A stretch of 63,354 nucleotides of DNA, counting the filler, from Trichosphaerium sp. ATCC 40318 (lineage: Eukaryota; Protista; Tubulinea), in assembly GCA_038496445.1 (NCBI GenBank). It is 3 parts of 3 records of this genome, joined end to end, with 100 filler letters (N's around TTAATTAATTAA, not from the genome) between each part and the next. Parts side by side here need not be neighbours in the genome. Positions count along the whole stretch, not along the records: positions 20,478 to 49,420 come from JALMLS010000427.1; 2 more parts are not named here. One strand, written 5' to 3'. Positions within the stretch are counted from its first letter, which is position 1. The number at the start of each line of letters is the position of its first letter. Made by a program: the position numbers and the translations under genes. Shown here piece after piece: positions 24,618 through 36,443 of this stretch. Under the pieces are notes generated by a model, which worked only from the letters and a program-made list of their open reading frames with translations, had not been told where the DNA came from and made no database searches.

Positions 24618-26449
24618 ATGCTGTTTTCACTGGTTTACAGTCTGTTAGTGATATTTGCGTATGTGTTGTTCTATACACAAGTACTAATAAAGTTTAGGTG
24701 ATTCCCAACAACCCGACAGTACTCACATCTAACAACATAGATGGAAGTAGAAACCCATTTATTCAGTTGTTTTTACAGCATTGCTACACAAAATATCCAA
24801 AGAGGAGGAAGGAAATAGAACATAACTATGAGGAGCATCGCTGTGGAAAATATAGCCCTGATTTTAGTGTCCGTGAAATTCCAGCTATGTTAGAAGTGTT
24901 TGTGTTTCATTTCATGCATTTGCTAAGTATAACAGCGGTTGCAAATGTGAAGGTGAGCATAATAAACTATTGCATCCATGCTTCTGACACATCCAGATTA
25001 CAGAGTGTCGCATCAGTTGCGTGTTTTTGGAGCAAGATATTGAAGCAAAAATATTCAACTGGCTCATTAAACGTCTTTCAGTTTCAAACAACTGTCTGAC
25101 TTGTAGTGAGGGAGGGTTTAAGGCTGTTGAGGTATGTAACTTTATATTATTTTGAAAACAGCCTAATTTGATAAAGAGTGTGACATTACCGGCTTCGATT
25201 ACAGTGTATCCAAATCCCAATGTTGTTCAGGACATGGCCAAATTACCTAAGACTTTAAAGCTCCATGGAAGGTATGTAAAGACAGTTAGCATTTGCACTT
25301 ACATAAGCAGAACTTGGGAGGCAGCTTACATTTTGATGTGGCAGCCTAAACCGCATCCACATTTCACTACATATGTGAATAACAATGGAACTTGGTGGTT
25401 TATTGATTGTATGACATGGAATCTAATCCTTGTACACTATATTCAAAGCCTTTAACTAACACATTGAAAGGGAATGCCTCTAGGGCCCACAATAATATGT
25501 GGAAAATACAGTTGGTTGTCTACAGAGGATTACAACACACTGTATCATGTAAAGAACCGTACAAATTGCGCCCAGAGAGGCAAGTAATACAAATTGACCT
25601 GATAAGTGAAAGTGACAGTTTCAGGTATGTAAATGTTGTTCCATTGCTTTACTAACATCAAACAGTGACTATATCTTCAGTGACGCTGATAGTGACGGGA
25701 GTATTCAATCAGATGTGTCTGGCAATAGTGTTGAGTTGGCATTTACTTCCCAAAATCAAATGGAATTGCCACGGAATATAGAATCTTTTGGGCCAAATGC
25801 AGGTGTTCAAATTGTTCAAATATTGAACAAACAAACAGTGACAGAAGCAGAAAGAAACAAAAATGGCAATCACAAGTGGCTTCTTGAAGCAACAGTAAAC
25901 GCAAAAAAGGGTTCTTGTAGGTGTTTTGTGTGGGAATGCTGTAGGTAAGTAATCTATTTTTTAAACCTCACATCTTGTTTTTCTGACCAACAATAGGTTT
26001 TAACAAAAAGTTATCTTGTAAGCTGTTAAAAAGACACCGCTCATTGGCAAACAAATTTCCAATATCTGAAACACCTATAACTACAACTATAAAAGGGCCA
26101 ACTAAACTTCCAAGGCTTGTTGTACAACGTACACTGTTAAAACTGAGGCACCAAGTACAAAGGTCAACAAACGAAGGTTCAAGACAGAAAGATTACTGTT
26201 GATGATACGTTGTCTTAACTTCTGTCACAGAAACACCTTCTACAAGCTCATCAACCACTGCTTCACAGCCAACTGTTGCACCAACAACAGATGCTCCAAC
26301 TATTGCTGCACACAACAACAGATGCACCTAACTGGTACTTGCTTGATATTTTTTAGCTTTCTTTCTAACTGTGATAGATGCGCCAACTAAACCTACAACT
26401 GCAGCCCCTACCACAGCCACACCAACAACTGATGCTCCTACTGCAAGTA
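24618..26449 (+). pseudogene. 5' part of mucin-like secreted protein gene, truncated at the duplication breakpoint
   Basis: Mirror of 38844-40675; stops after the first APTT repeats. Confidence 0.6.
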
Positions 26450-26469
26450 TCACTTGTTGTAGTTACAGT

Positions 26470-26874
26470 TAACAACAGTTTTCAAGTAGGATTCTCTTTC
26501 ACCAAAACCAATTAAAACCACCAATGTACTCAGGATGGACTGAGTTTATACTCTTGCTTGATTTATTATGGTCTGGTATACCACTTGGTATATTGGTGAC
26601 ATATGAAATGTTTGCGGTACAGCATTTAGATTGGATAGGGATGTGGGAAGGTGAACATACATTTGAAACAATCAAATTATTTGCACTGATTGTTGATGTA
26701 TTGGTGCTTCTTTTTTTATACTTTATGGCCACCTACTCTCACACCAACAACAAGATGATGAACATACTTCAGACGACGAACAAGATGTTAGCATCCAACA
26801 CACTGGCGAAAAAAGAGCACTCATTAGTAACGTTGTATAAAATTCGTCTTAGTGAATACTTGCTACCTCAATAA
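26470..26874 (+). pseudogene. 3' fragment of an unidentified membrane protein gene
   Basis: Open frame with two hydrophobic segments (FILLLDLLWSGIPLGILV; LFALIVDVLVLLFLYFM) starting right after the breakpoint. Confidence 0.35.
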
Positions 26875-27321
26875 AATAATGTGTATTTTTTTCAAACGGG
26901 TTGTTTAATGCTGACTTTTGTGTGGCTAATATTCAGTGCATACAAATTTAGCGCATGGTAAAAGTCTTTGACAACTGTATCAGTAAACGCTTGACACTTA
27001 CTAACTGCTTATAGTAGTGTAGCAAAAAAGGAGTTTGTACCTACAAGCACTTCTTGTTGGTGTATCTACAAATCACAAGATGAAATTTCCACTCTTTAGG
27101 TACACTATCTAAGATTCATTCGTCCCTCAGTAGCACAAGTGCATGTCAATCTCATGAAAGTTCCGTGTAATGGCACGTTTTAGATTTATGTCATCTTTGG
27201 TCCTACTTGCTTCCTTGTAAATAATGTCGATTTATTGGATACAGTCTATGTACAATATGCTAAAGTATTTCCGCTTCGAGATTACAGTCTTCAAGCCCAG
27301 AATAGAAGAGTTCAAAATTCT

Positions 27322-27944
27322 CTATACAAATACCTTCTCCATCTTAACCAGCGGATTTCCTAGCCTTGAACTCTCTCTGAAAATTGTGTATCCCTGCTTC
27401 CTAAGATGGTAGTACCGACATCAGTTTTTGTTGTTGTGGAGTTATTGGGTACCTATAAAAATTTACAACCCACGTGTTTTCTTGGTATGTACTTAACATC
27501 ACCTTTCTCTCTCCTTTTTTTATCACAATTGACTCTGCTGTATTAAGAGCCATCTTGCCAATACCCTTACCTTGAAACTTGGGATCAACTGCAACCTGAA
27601 AAAAATATGTTAGTCAATCCAATTCAACTGAACTCGCAAAAAATCGTCTACAGGAGCTCACAGCGCTTACTGTTATGACGTACTTGACGTATTTCATACA
27701 AAGAGTAACGTTTATTGTAACATACTCTAAAACAACCGCAGATTACCTCCTTTCCACCTTTTTTGGCGTAGACAATGGTGTAAAGCTGTTTTCGTGATAT
27801 TTGAGATGAAAGATGTTGTTTCGTTAATTGTAACGCGCTTGGTGGTCTTCCGAGTATTCTTTCAACTGGTGCGTACGCTGAGCGTATTATTTGATGTATT
27901 ATGGGTATATCAGTTTTCTTTGCTTTGCGTGTCGTCAGATACAT
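27322..27944 (-). CDS. GNAT family N-acetyltransferase (3 exons)
   Basis: TRKAKKTDIPIIHQII..EIRQ|VAVDPKFQGKGIGK (motif A)..TYQENTWVVNFY..GY. Confidence 0.9.
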
Positions 27945-28229
27945 TGCTTACAGGCTAAATACATAAGCGTAGTGGCTTTCGGTTCAAAATTCAATGAATG
28001 CATAACTTACAGAATCCTAAGCACTGGTGCACGTGCAATCCCAAAATGAAAACAAGAAGGTGTATGTTGATAATGGTTTCTATACGTTGTATGTCCTTTA
28101 TCCACTTCTAGCATGGTGCTATAGTGACGTTGGTTTTTGGTTTTAGTACACTGAAACTAAGTACAGGAAAGGAACCAAAACAAGTAAAACGTTTTGATTT
28201 ACAAAGAACAACCTTTTCTATAAAATTAG

Positions 28230-29140
28230 AAGTTTCTAGACAGATTTATTGAGATCATTCAGTTAGAAGTACTGGTCTTAAAGCGCCTCTAATCCACTAG
28301 TGGTACAAGTCATTGGATACATTTAAGGTGGAGGAATAGAACAACGTTAGACACGAGCAATAACAAGCTCAGGATGTTTATGGTATTCTTCAAATGTCCG
28401 ATACATCCTGGGCTTTATTTGTTATTTTAACCTTCTTGTACTTTTTCTTGATGTATTTCACCTTTGACGTGTCTCCTTATATTTTTCTTTCATTAGAATA
28501 CATGCGATACGTCTGGTTAAAGAATAGTACATACCACAAAAAACAAGAACAGGTGTTTTGGCACTGCCTTAATTTTTCTTACACTTTTGATTAACTTTTC
28601 TGCTGCCTGCTCATCTCCATCACCTTTACGATAGCTGTTGGTGATGATATGTAACCTGTTGTTACAGAATCCTTTGAACTTATCAATCCATGCCAATACC
28701 TCTGATGATGACTTCATTACCAATACCTTGAAATTTCATTAACATTTGTTTTTAATAGTAGTTTTTTTTCTTTGTTTTGTTTTGGTACCTCTGTATTCTT
28801 TTGTCTTTGTTGTAGCATTTCCATTATTTTCTTGTTTTCAAATGATAGGTTGTCATCAACCCATAATATAAGACACTTTGCATCCCTGTACTTAAGTTCA
28901 TACGCTTTGATATTAGTACTGTCTATTGCCTTGTAGTACACAAGGTAACGTGGAAGAATCTAAGAAAATAATAAGAAAAACAAGAAGCAAAAACGAAACG
29001 TGTTAGTGGGCTATGTACTTGGTTTTTTGAAAATACAACAATCTCATTTTGATCTACTTTGTCATCATAACCACATGGATACCCACTAGTCGATTTAGTA
29101 AGAACATAGTGAGAATCATATCCTTTCTGAACAAAAAATC
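28230..29140 (-). pseudogene. 3' fragment: PARP-type ADP-ribosyltransferase C-terminal strands followed by a receiver-like domain
   Basis: KGYDSHYV..NEIVVFSKNQ|ILPRYLVYY then LILWVDDNL..IITNSYR; the N-terminal half of the ART fold is absent. Confidence 0.65.
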
Positions 29141-29153
29141 AGTACATGAAATG

Positions 29154-30500
29154 TCACGATTTACCACTCTTTGATTGAAGTTTGAAACCTGAAATTTCTT
29201 TGGCAGGTACTTTGTCAAGACACGTTTTAGCCTTGAAAGTAAGTCCACTTCCAATTGAATCAGAATAGAATGATGTACGTGCTGTAGCACTTTTGGGTCC
29301 AGCCTTGTTGAATACATTAATTTGCCGCGTTATGCAATAGTGATAAGAGGGAACAGCGTACTGAAACAGTTGACCAATCTTTTGCCCATGGTCCCAAGTA
29401 TTGAACATCTTTTTCACCATAAGTGAATGCTTGAGCGTTTTTCAAGAGTCTTTGACCACAGGTTGTTTATCTCTTGGATGAATGGAACCGAAAGGAGATG
29501 TTGGATCTCCCCTACATAAACAATTAGTTTGAAAAGCCAGCAGTACTATCACATACCCGACGTTTTGGTTTTCGCATGCTTCAAGTTGAGATCCGCGCAA
29601 TTCAGGTTCATTTACAACATTTGCGTCAAGCCAAGGAGCCAGTTGAACGAAAAAGAATGGGCAATGGATCAGTTTCACTGTCTTAAGAAAAAATCATTTA
29701 GGCAATCAACTCCCTTGCAAAAGAAAGCGACGTACTCCACTTTGATCTCCAGTCTTTTATCATCTCAGGAAAAGCGCAAGCATAGTAATCCTAAAACGAT
29801 TTAAGTAAATACTTAGATTATTCAATAAAGACGGTACAGGTTGGTAACTGTTTGCTTCTCCTTACCAAAAGCACCTTTTATTGTCATCTAAAAAAACAAT
29901 CAGTTTGAGTAATACGTCCGAAAGCAAGAAGGTTCGTACATCTAGTATTGGTACTATCATTGCGTTCCATAGTACATTAATCATTTTGATTACCAGCACA
30001 TGCTGTTAAAGTGAGATTGCATACTTTCGATGCATCCGGAGAGCTCCAAGCCTAAATAGTACAACGTCAATATAATATAGCAACACGTACTTTACCGCAG
30101 CTGTACTGGCGTACCACCCCAGTTATCACTCAACTAAAATAAACAAAACAATGTAAGATATAGTATCATTCTGTATTCACGTACAAGTCCAATAGGCACT
30201 TTACCATCAAGGTGATTGTATAAGTCTCTTCCAAAGAACCAACACACAGCACTAAATGAAGACCAGTTTCCAACGCCAATGGATTGACTACTTGCAGGAA
30301 TCCATGGATGATCAACTTTTTTGAACTCTTGTACAGGCTACAGTTGTTGAAGTTAGAATAGAGCGGCAACACAAAAATCAGCGGCGTATCTTGGCTTACA
30401 ATTTTAGAGTATGTAGATTGTCCTACTGTCATTACACGTATATCTGGGAAATCATTCGCAGGCGCAACTTCTTTTGTACTGTTGAAAGCTTGGTCGATAC
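29154..30500 (-). pseudogene. Sialate O-acetylesterase (SASA/SIAE-like) internal fragment
   Basis: [78 protein letters not shown]; lacks the GQSNM start and has stops/frameshifts. Confidence 0.85.
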
Positions 30501-30611
30501 AGTATCATCAGTTGCCATAATTGTAGTTTTATTAGCAAAACAACCCTAAAAGAAATTTGATTGAAATAGTGTTCCTTTGAGCGAAATTTCATTACATCAA
30601 ACAACGTTAAC

Positions 30612-31480
30612 ATGTCCTCTCAACAACCAACAAACAGCCAGAGTTTATTTCAGCCAATAACAGTTGATCCTTACACCTACCTTAGTCAAAGGCCAATAGG
30701 TGCAAAGCCAACGCAGTAAAGCACTCCTACACCAGGTTATCAACCACCAACTGTGGCTGGAGTTAAAAAACGTAAACGCCAACCTGAGTCCTCCTTCAAT
30801 CGCAGAATGGACACTAAACGCACAGAAAAGGACAATTGAGTACTAGCAGAAAATGAAGCGAAGTTTCGGGAGGTGCTTTCAACAGCTATAGTTACATTGA
30901 CAAGTCTGCTTGAGTGTGGACAAGCGCATGATGAGCACATGATGGCAATGCTGGAAAAAATATACGCTAGAACACCAAGCAGCAAAGCCTAAGATGTGTA
31001 ATATTACATTAATAAATAAATTGTTTATTTTCAAACTGTTTACAAATTACGTTTTACGAGCCCGAAGGTATTAATAGGAAAGCCATAACACCTGGTTAGG
31101 CATACAGTTTGAACAAGATTCGTACTAAGAAACCACTGTTCTCGTTTTGTAAATGGTTCTTGGTAAGCGGTGTCAGACACATAGATATAATCGCATCTGT
31201 CAGATGACGTGATACTTTCTTCCAAGATTAATGACATGTAGAACGCAACATTGTAATCATTGAAACCTAAATAAAGCAGAATCACTTAACTTTCAACTCA
31301 GTCGCAACAGCTCTTACAAGCGGAAGTTATAATTGAAGCAGTTATCCCTTTGCTTTAAAAGGTGTTGATAGAGGTGGTCCCAACTAAGCGGGCTACCTCT
31401 ACGTGCTGAACGTTGCCTTTTGATAGTGCCACTGTAAATAGCTTTGGTAAAATTGGATGTGTACCCGTACAAAGTTTCAA
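30612..31480. mobile_element. Degenerate, internally deleted PIF/Harbinger-like relic (two convergent ORF remnants)
   Basis: Minus strand: WDHLY..DNCFNYNFRL, GFNDYNVAF, YVSDTAY, TFGLVK resemble DDE_Tnp_4 motifs; plus strand 30612-30992 has a KKRKR/coiled-coil remnant with stops. TIRs not found. Confidence 0.4.
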
Positions 31481-32561
31481 CGCTATCATCTCAGGCTTCA
31501 AATACGTAAGCGCACAATGGTATAATTCTGTCCAAATAACAATACTAATCGATATTTAACATAAATTCACAATAATCTTTATTTTGAATACTTTGGGCAT
31601 AATTAGCGATGTTATGGTTGTATTTTTCGTTGGTACTTTACCTGTACTAGCAAAAAGACAATCTTGTCGGTTTAAGACGGCTCCCGGGTGCAATGTGGGA
31701 GCCCTCAGCGTCCAGGGTTAAAGAACGGTGCTGGAATGGAACAATACTGGCCGTACCGGGGTTGTCGTGCTCAAGAGCCCGATAGGATGGAAGCCTACTG
31801 TACCCACAAGCCATGGTTCTTGCACAAACCGGATGCCTTGGATACTGCTCACACGTTCACAGTTGTCGATTCCTTCGCCGATATACAAGGAAAATTGAAA
31901 TACTTATGTACCATTCATTTGTGGATAAAAATAAAAAGTGGTATTGAGAAATGTTGATAAAACGCAATTTCCTTCACTCCATTGTGTTGCATTGGTGTTT
32001 ATGAGCGTTTTGTATCTTCGTTTTACGTTGATCAAAGGTATTCGAGGATAGTTTCGTCTAATTCACTGAAATATCCAGTCTAATACTCCAAATATGGATA
32101 ATGCACATTTCAAAACTCTCAAAAAGCCCTTGTACTACATATTTTCATGCGTATGAACGTATGAACGCTATCGATGATGTTTTGGTTCGCGAAACATGGT
32201 ACTAAACTATTAATTCTTTTTTCTGTGTATATTTTAGGTGACTTCATTTGATTACTCCAACACAGTACGTTGATGCCAAAGGCTGTGTTACGTTATGTTC
32301 GCAATATATAAAGCGAATTCGGTGAAATAGTACGCATATGGTAATATTAACTTTTTGGGGTATTGCCGTTTGTGTTTGGAAGCTTTGCTTTGAGTTAAGC
32401 CTCAATTGTAAGGTGCCTCTGCGGTCGCTTAAACAAGGTAAAATAAAATAATGTACACTTGGATATTGTAAAACGATGTGGTATATGCTGTGCTTCCATA
32501 CGAGTTGCATTTATAATCCAAAATGAGATAATTCCAGGAATAGAAAAGTAATGCTGTAGTA

Positions 32562-32842
32562 CCGCGAGTTTCTTAATTATTGGTACCAAACAAAATCCAA
32601 TTTAACCTATCCTACACTAATCATGTGGTGTGTAAAGCTACATTCGTGATAGTCAACAGCCTATAGAACCAGAATTGTAGAGTTCACAGGTTCGCTTAGG
32701 GTAGCCATTGTAAAATGCTATGAGGTGAGTTTTTATGGCTGACAAACGCAGTGTACGTTATTTCAATATTGTGACTTATTTACTTTCATTAATATCGCCA
32801 CAGTGGGAACTGTTCTCGTACCAATAATTAAGAACTCGCGGG
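32562..32842. mobile_element. MITE with ~25-bp TIRs flanked by TA (Tc1/mariner/pogo-type)
   Basis: ta|ccgcgagtttcttaattattggtac ... gtaccaataattaagaactcgcggg|ta. Confidence 0.7.
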
Positions 32843-35800
32843 TATTATTGTTGGTTCTAAAGGGAGTCATGAATAGCAAGCACGTGCCTTATTTACTACT
32901 ATTGGATTTGGGCTGCCAAAGCACAGACTTGGCCATATTTGTTTGGAAGTAGAGAACTAGACACATCAACTTTAGTATCTCGTTAGTCTGTTACACCTAA
33001 AACTAAGTGTTCAATACAAGTAGTTAAACCCCAATTGATTATTTAGTGCAAAGCATACATGCGTATGTGCTCCTTCAAGTACCAGACAGAGTTAACTTGT
33101 TTTCCACTTCAGATTGCATTCAAATAGTGTAGCATGTCAAAGGTATCATAACATATCGCCACTACCAGTTGCAATCTGTTCTATTTCAACATGTTAGAGT
33201 TGGGGCTTATAATTGTCCATCTGAGATTGAGATTGCGGTTGGTTAACATGTACTTGTAGATGCCCTTTCCTTGCTGATAAACGATTGTTCTGAGTTTGTG
33301 TACTGGAGGACAACAAACATTAGTACATAACAACAAGGTTGAGCAAGAGAGATAGGGGTGGGGATAATACAGGGTAACTGTAACACTAGCACGAAATAAG
33401 CAAAAAACCTAAAAATAAGTGGGTGCTAGTAGATGGATATAGGGTTTGGGGTTAATAACTGCCCGTAGGAATATGCCCTCGTATACCACTACATTTTCTT
33501 CTCCCTCCACCTCTTTTTTGCCTTTTTTCTTAGTCATAAGGCCGTGTCTTTGTGGGTTTTGGGAAGTTGATTTACTACTGCTACCTCTGAGAAGCTCAAA
33601 GTGCCGGTTCTTCTAATACGCTTGGCTTAGGTTGTTTGCCTGTTCAGAAAATTGTTAGTGTTTGGTGTTTGTAGTCTCTACAGGGACGAAAATGAGCGCT
33701 AACCATAGCACTAGATTCATGTGATTGATACTAAACGAAAACAAAATAGATTGACAACTAGATGGCACAGTACCTCTCTTAGACACTGTCAAGCTCTCCT
33801 TTTCACATATAACGATAGATTTGGTACAAGGGTCCTCAAAGTCAATACAATTCCATGTTAGAGCACTGCAATATGACGATATTTAAAAAAGACCCAAAAA
33901 TAAACAAAAACTGTTTTACCTTGTTGTTACTTACCTTCTACTTCCTCTATTTCGGCTGAAACCTGTCTGTACCTATCCAAAGCATTCTCAAACACCTCTT
34001 GGGTTGCTTGATGCCCTTTTCAAATTCCACTCGGCCTTTGTAGTCACTAGAAAGAAGAGTGAGTGAGATTTAATTTGATTAACGAGATGGTGTTATGTTG
34101 TTTACACTGGGTAAATACTAATGCTAGCACTAGGGACGATTTTTGTAAGCAGTTCACACTTTCAAAAAAAGTCTAGCACACCTCAAAAACGTTATTTTTG
34201 CCCAAATTTTGGGTATGCTTCAGAACACATTTGTGTCTACAATTTGGCTGAACCAGGACTTGCTGGTAATTAATAGTGTACTTCAATAAACTATTTCATT
34301 GAATCTAAAAACGAGTTTTTTCTGCTTGGGATCATATTCTTCTCCTCTAACACCACCATGTTTTGCAGGTAATTCTTTTACAACATAGTGATTAAGGATT
34401 ACATTCTGTCTTTTGTTGCATTTTTTATCACTTTCAGTGTTCTACATAAAGCTATCATCACCCGTCTCTATACCTGATTGCTGTAAATTGGTCATTCTTT
34501 TGAACAATCATTCTAACCCACAGATACCTTTTTCAAATCTTTCATTTTGGCGGCAGGTGCTCAATAAACCATTGTGTACCTATGCACAGTCATAGAGTAT
34601 TTAATAATTTAGGTATCAAAACACGGAGGTTACTTTTTCATAGAAGTTGATGAACATAATATTTAAATGAAAATGTCAAAATACTCACTCTTGCTTGGTA
34701 CTTTATTGAATCAGAGGTCCACAAAGCTTGCTGTAGTTATGTTTTACCACTACAGAAGTTTTAGAGACAGAACTTACTTTTTACATGGAGATACTTCAGT
34801 ACTTGCCAAAAACAGTTTTTTTGAAACTATGCTGCTACAATTGTTTAACTATTGCTGAAAGTTATGCTGTATCATATGCAGTGTGTGGAATGTACTTTCA
34901 AAGAGTAAGGGACCTTCAATTACTCATGGTATTTCATAAAATGTAAAATTGCTTATGGTGACTGAGGACAGAATATTGGAATTTACAGATTACGCAAGGC
35001 TGTACAGACTTGAAACCCATCTTACCATATGTCAAATAGCTGTTAAATGTATGTACACCGTTTAAAAGCTTGTACACGCTTGCCCTACATCGGTATTGGG
35101 GAACTCGATTTGACTAGAATATTAACACAGCAAACCAACGTTTTAAGCGTTTTCTGAGCGATAAACGTCGTTTAAAGGTACATTGTACATACACGTTCAT
35201 ATTGTGGTACCATAAGCTTTATTTTAGCCCATAACGCATAAATTTATTTGCAAGAGCCGTTTATGATGATTCCAGGCTCTAATCATCTGCTTTATTCTCA
35301 ATGAAGCTCGATTGAAGCTTTTTTAGCTGTGTATTAAACAAATACGCCAAAAAACATGTAAAAAAGTAAATAATTTATTTCACACTTAGAACATAACAAT
35401 AGAGCCATTCATTCTAGATATACATTAACACACGCTACAGCTTTGATATAAGAGGTGTGAACCGCTTACAAAAATAGTCCCTAGATTAATACTTACTTGA
35501 CATTCTACATGTCAAAGAACAGCTACAACATTTGAAAATGTCAAGTGTTGTGCCAGGTGATGTGTCTGGATGGCAAGTCACATTGTTCACAGAGATTACG
35601 AATGTACCAGAAACTTGAAAACAAAGAGGTGCTAATACCAGGCGTCAAAAATAGACAACACAGTTTAAAGACTGCAAACCCCGGTATACAGCATCTTAAT
35701 CGCATATATGACCATTCAATCTAACAAGAACCCATTTAATAGCATCTGCTACAAATTTATGTTCTGGTGCTTGTTGGAAAGCTTGAAGTAGATGTGTTAC

Positions 35801-36107
35801 CTAGTTTACGCATAAGCGTGTTTGGCGTACTATTCCGCAGAATTATAATTCAACAGGTAGGCAGTTTACCTTATTTAGCGTTTTCACTTCTGTATGTTTG
35901 TTTAATAGTGTTTCAGAGCTGCTTAGACCCAAACCATAGCAAAAAATTCCCGTTTGACAGACTTAGAACTGATAAAATATGGAACACGTGCAAACCACAA
36001 ACCGTTTTTTTAATTCTCTATATTATGAGCTGTACTTACAGTTGGTGGTTCTACAGTATGTTGTAAGTTGGTTGACACTATTCGGAGCGTCAGAAATCCC
36101 CTTTTAG

Positions 36108-36148
36108 CTATTCAGCGCACAGAGATAATATCTCCATGCGCTGAATAG
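36108..36148. repeat. 41-nt hairpin, one arm of which recurs at 41240-41259 and 24034-24053
   Basis: ctattcagcgca-cagagataatatctcca-tgcgctgaatag. Confidence 0.8.
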
Positions 36149-36443
36149 TCGCCAGTCTTAGTAATTGGTCTAAAACTTGTCTAAACCTGCTCTCCACACC
36201 CAGGCGACTATGTTAACTGGTCCATAGCGCTCCTATTTTCGTACACAATCTTAAACAAATTTGAGCAGCACCGCAGCGTTTTTTTCGTGTTCACAGAAAC
36301 CATATTTTATTTTCGGACAATGTTACACGTCCAACACACTTTCCATATTGGGTGCCCATGTACAAAGGGCTCCAACGAGTATGTAAATATACAATTACAC
36401 TTAAAACAATACATAAATACACCCATCTTCGGCATCATCTTAA

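Larger units (their letters stand above)
20478..26449 (+). repeat. Left arm of ~6-kb inverted duplication (partner 38844-44820)
   Basis: Reverse complement of 38844-44820; identical ORFs appear on opposite strands in the track; the differences seen are mostly 1-bp homopolymer indels. Confidence 0.97.
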
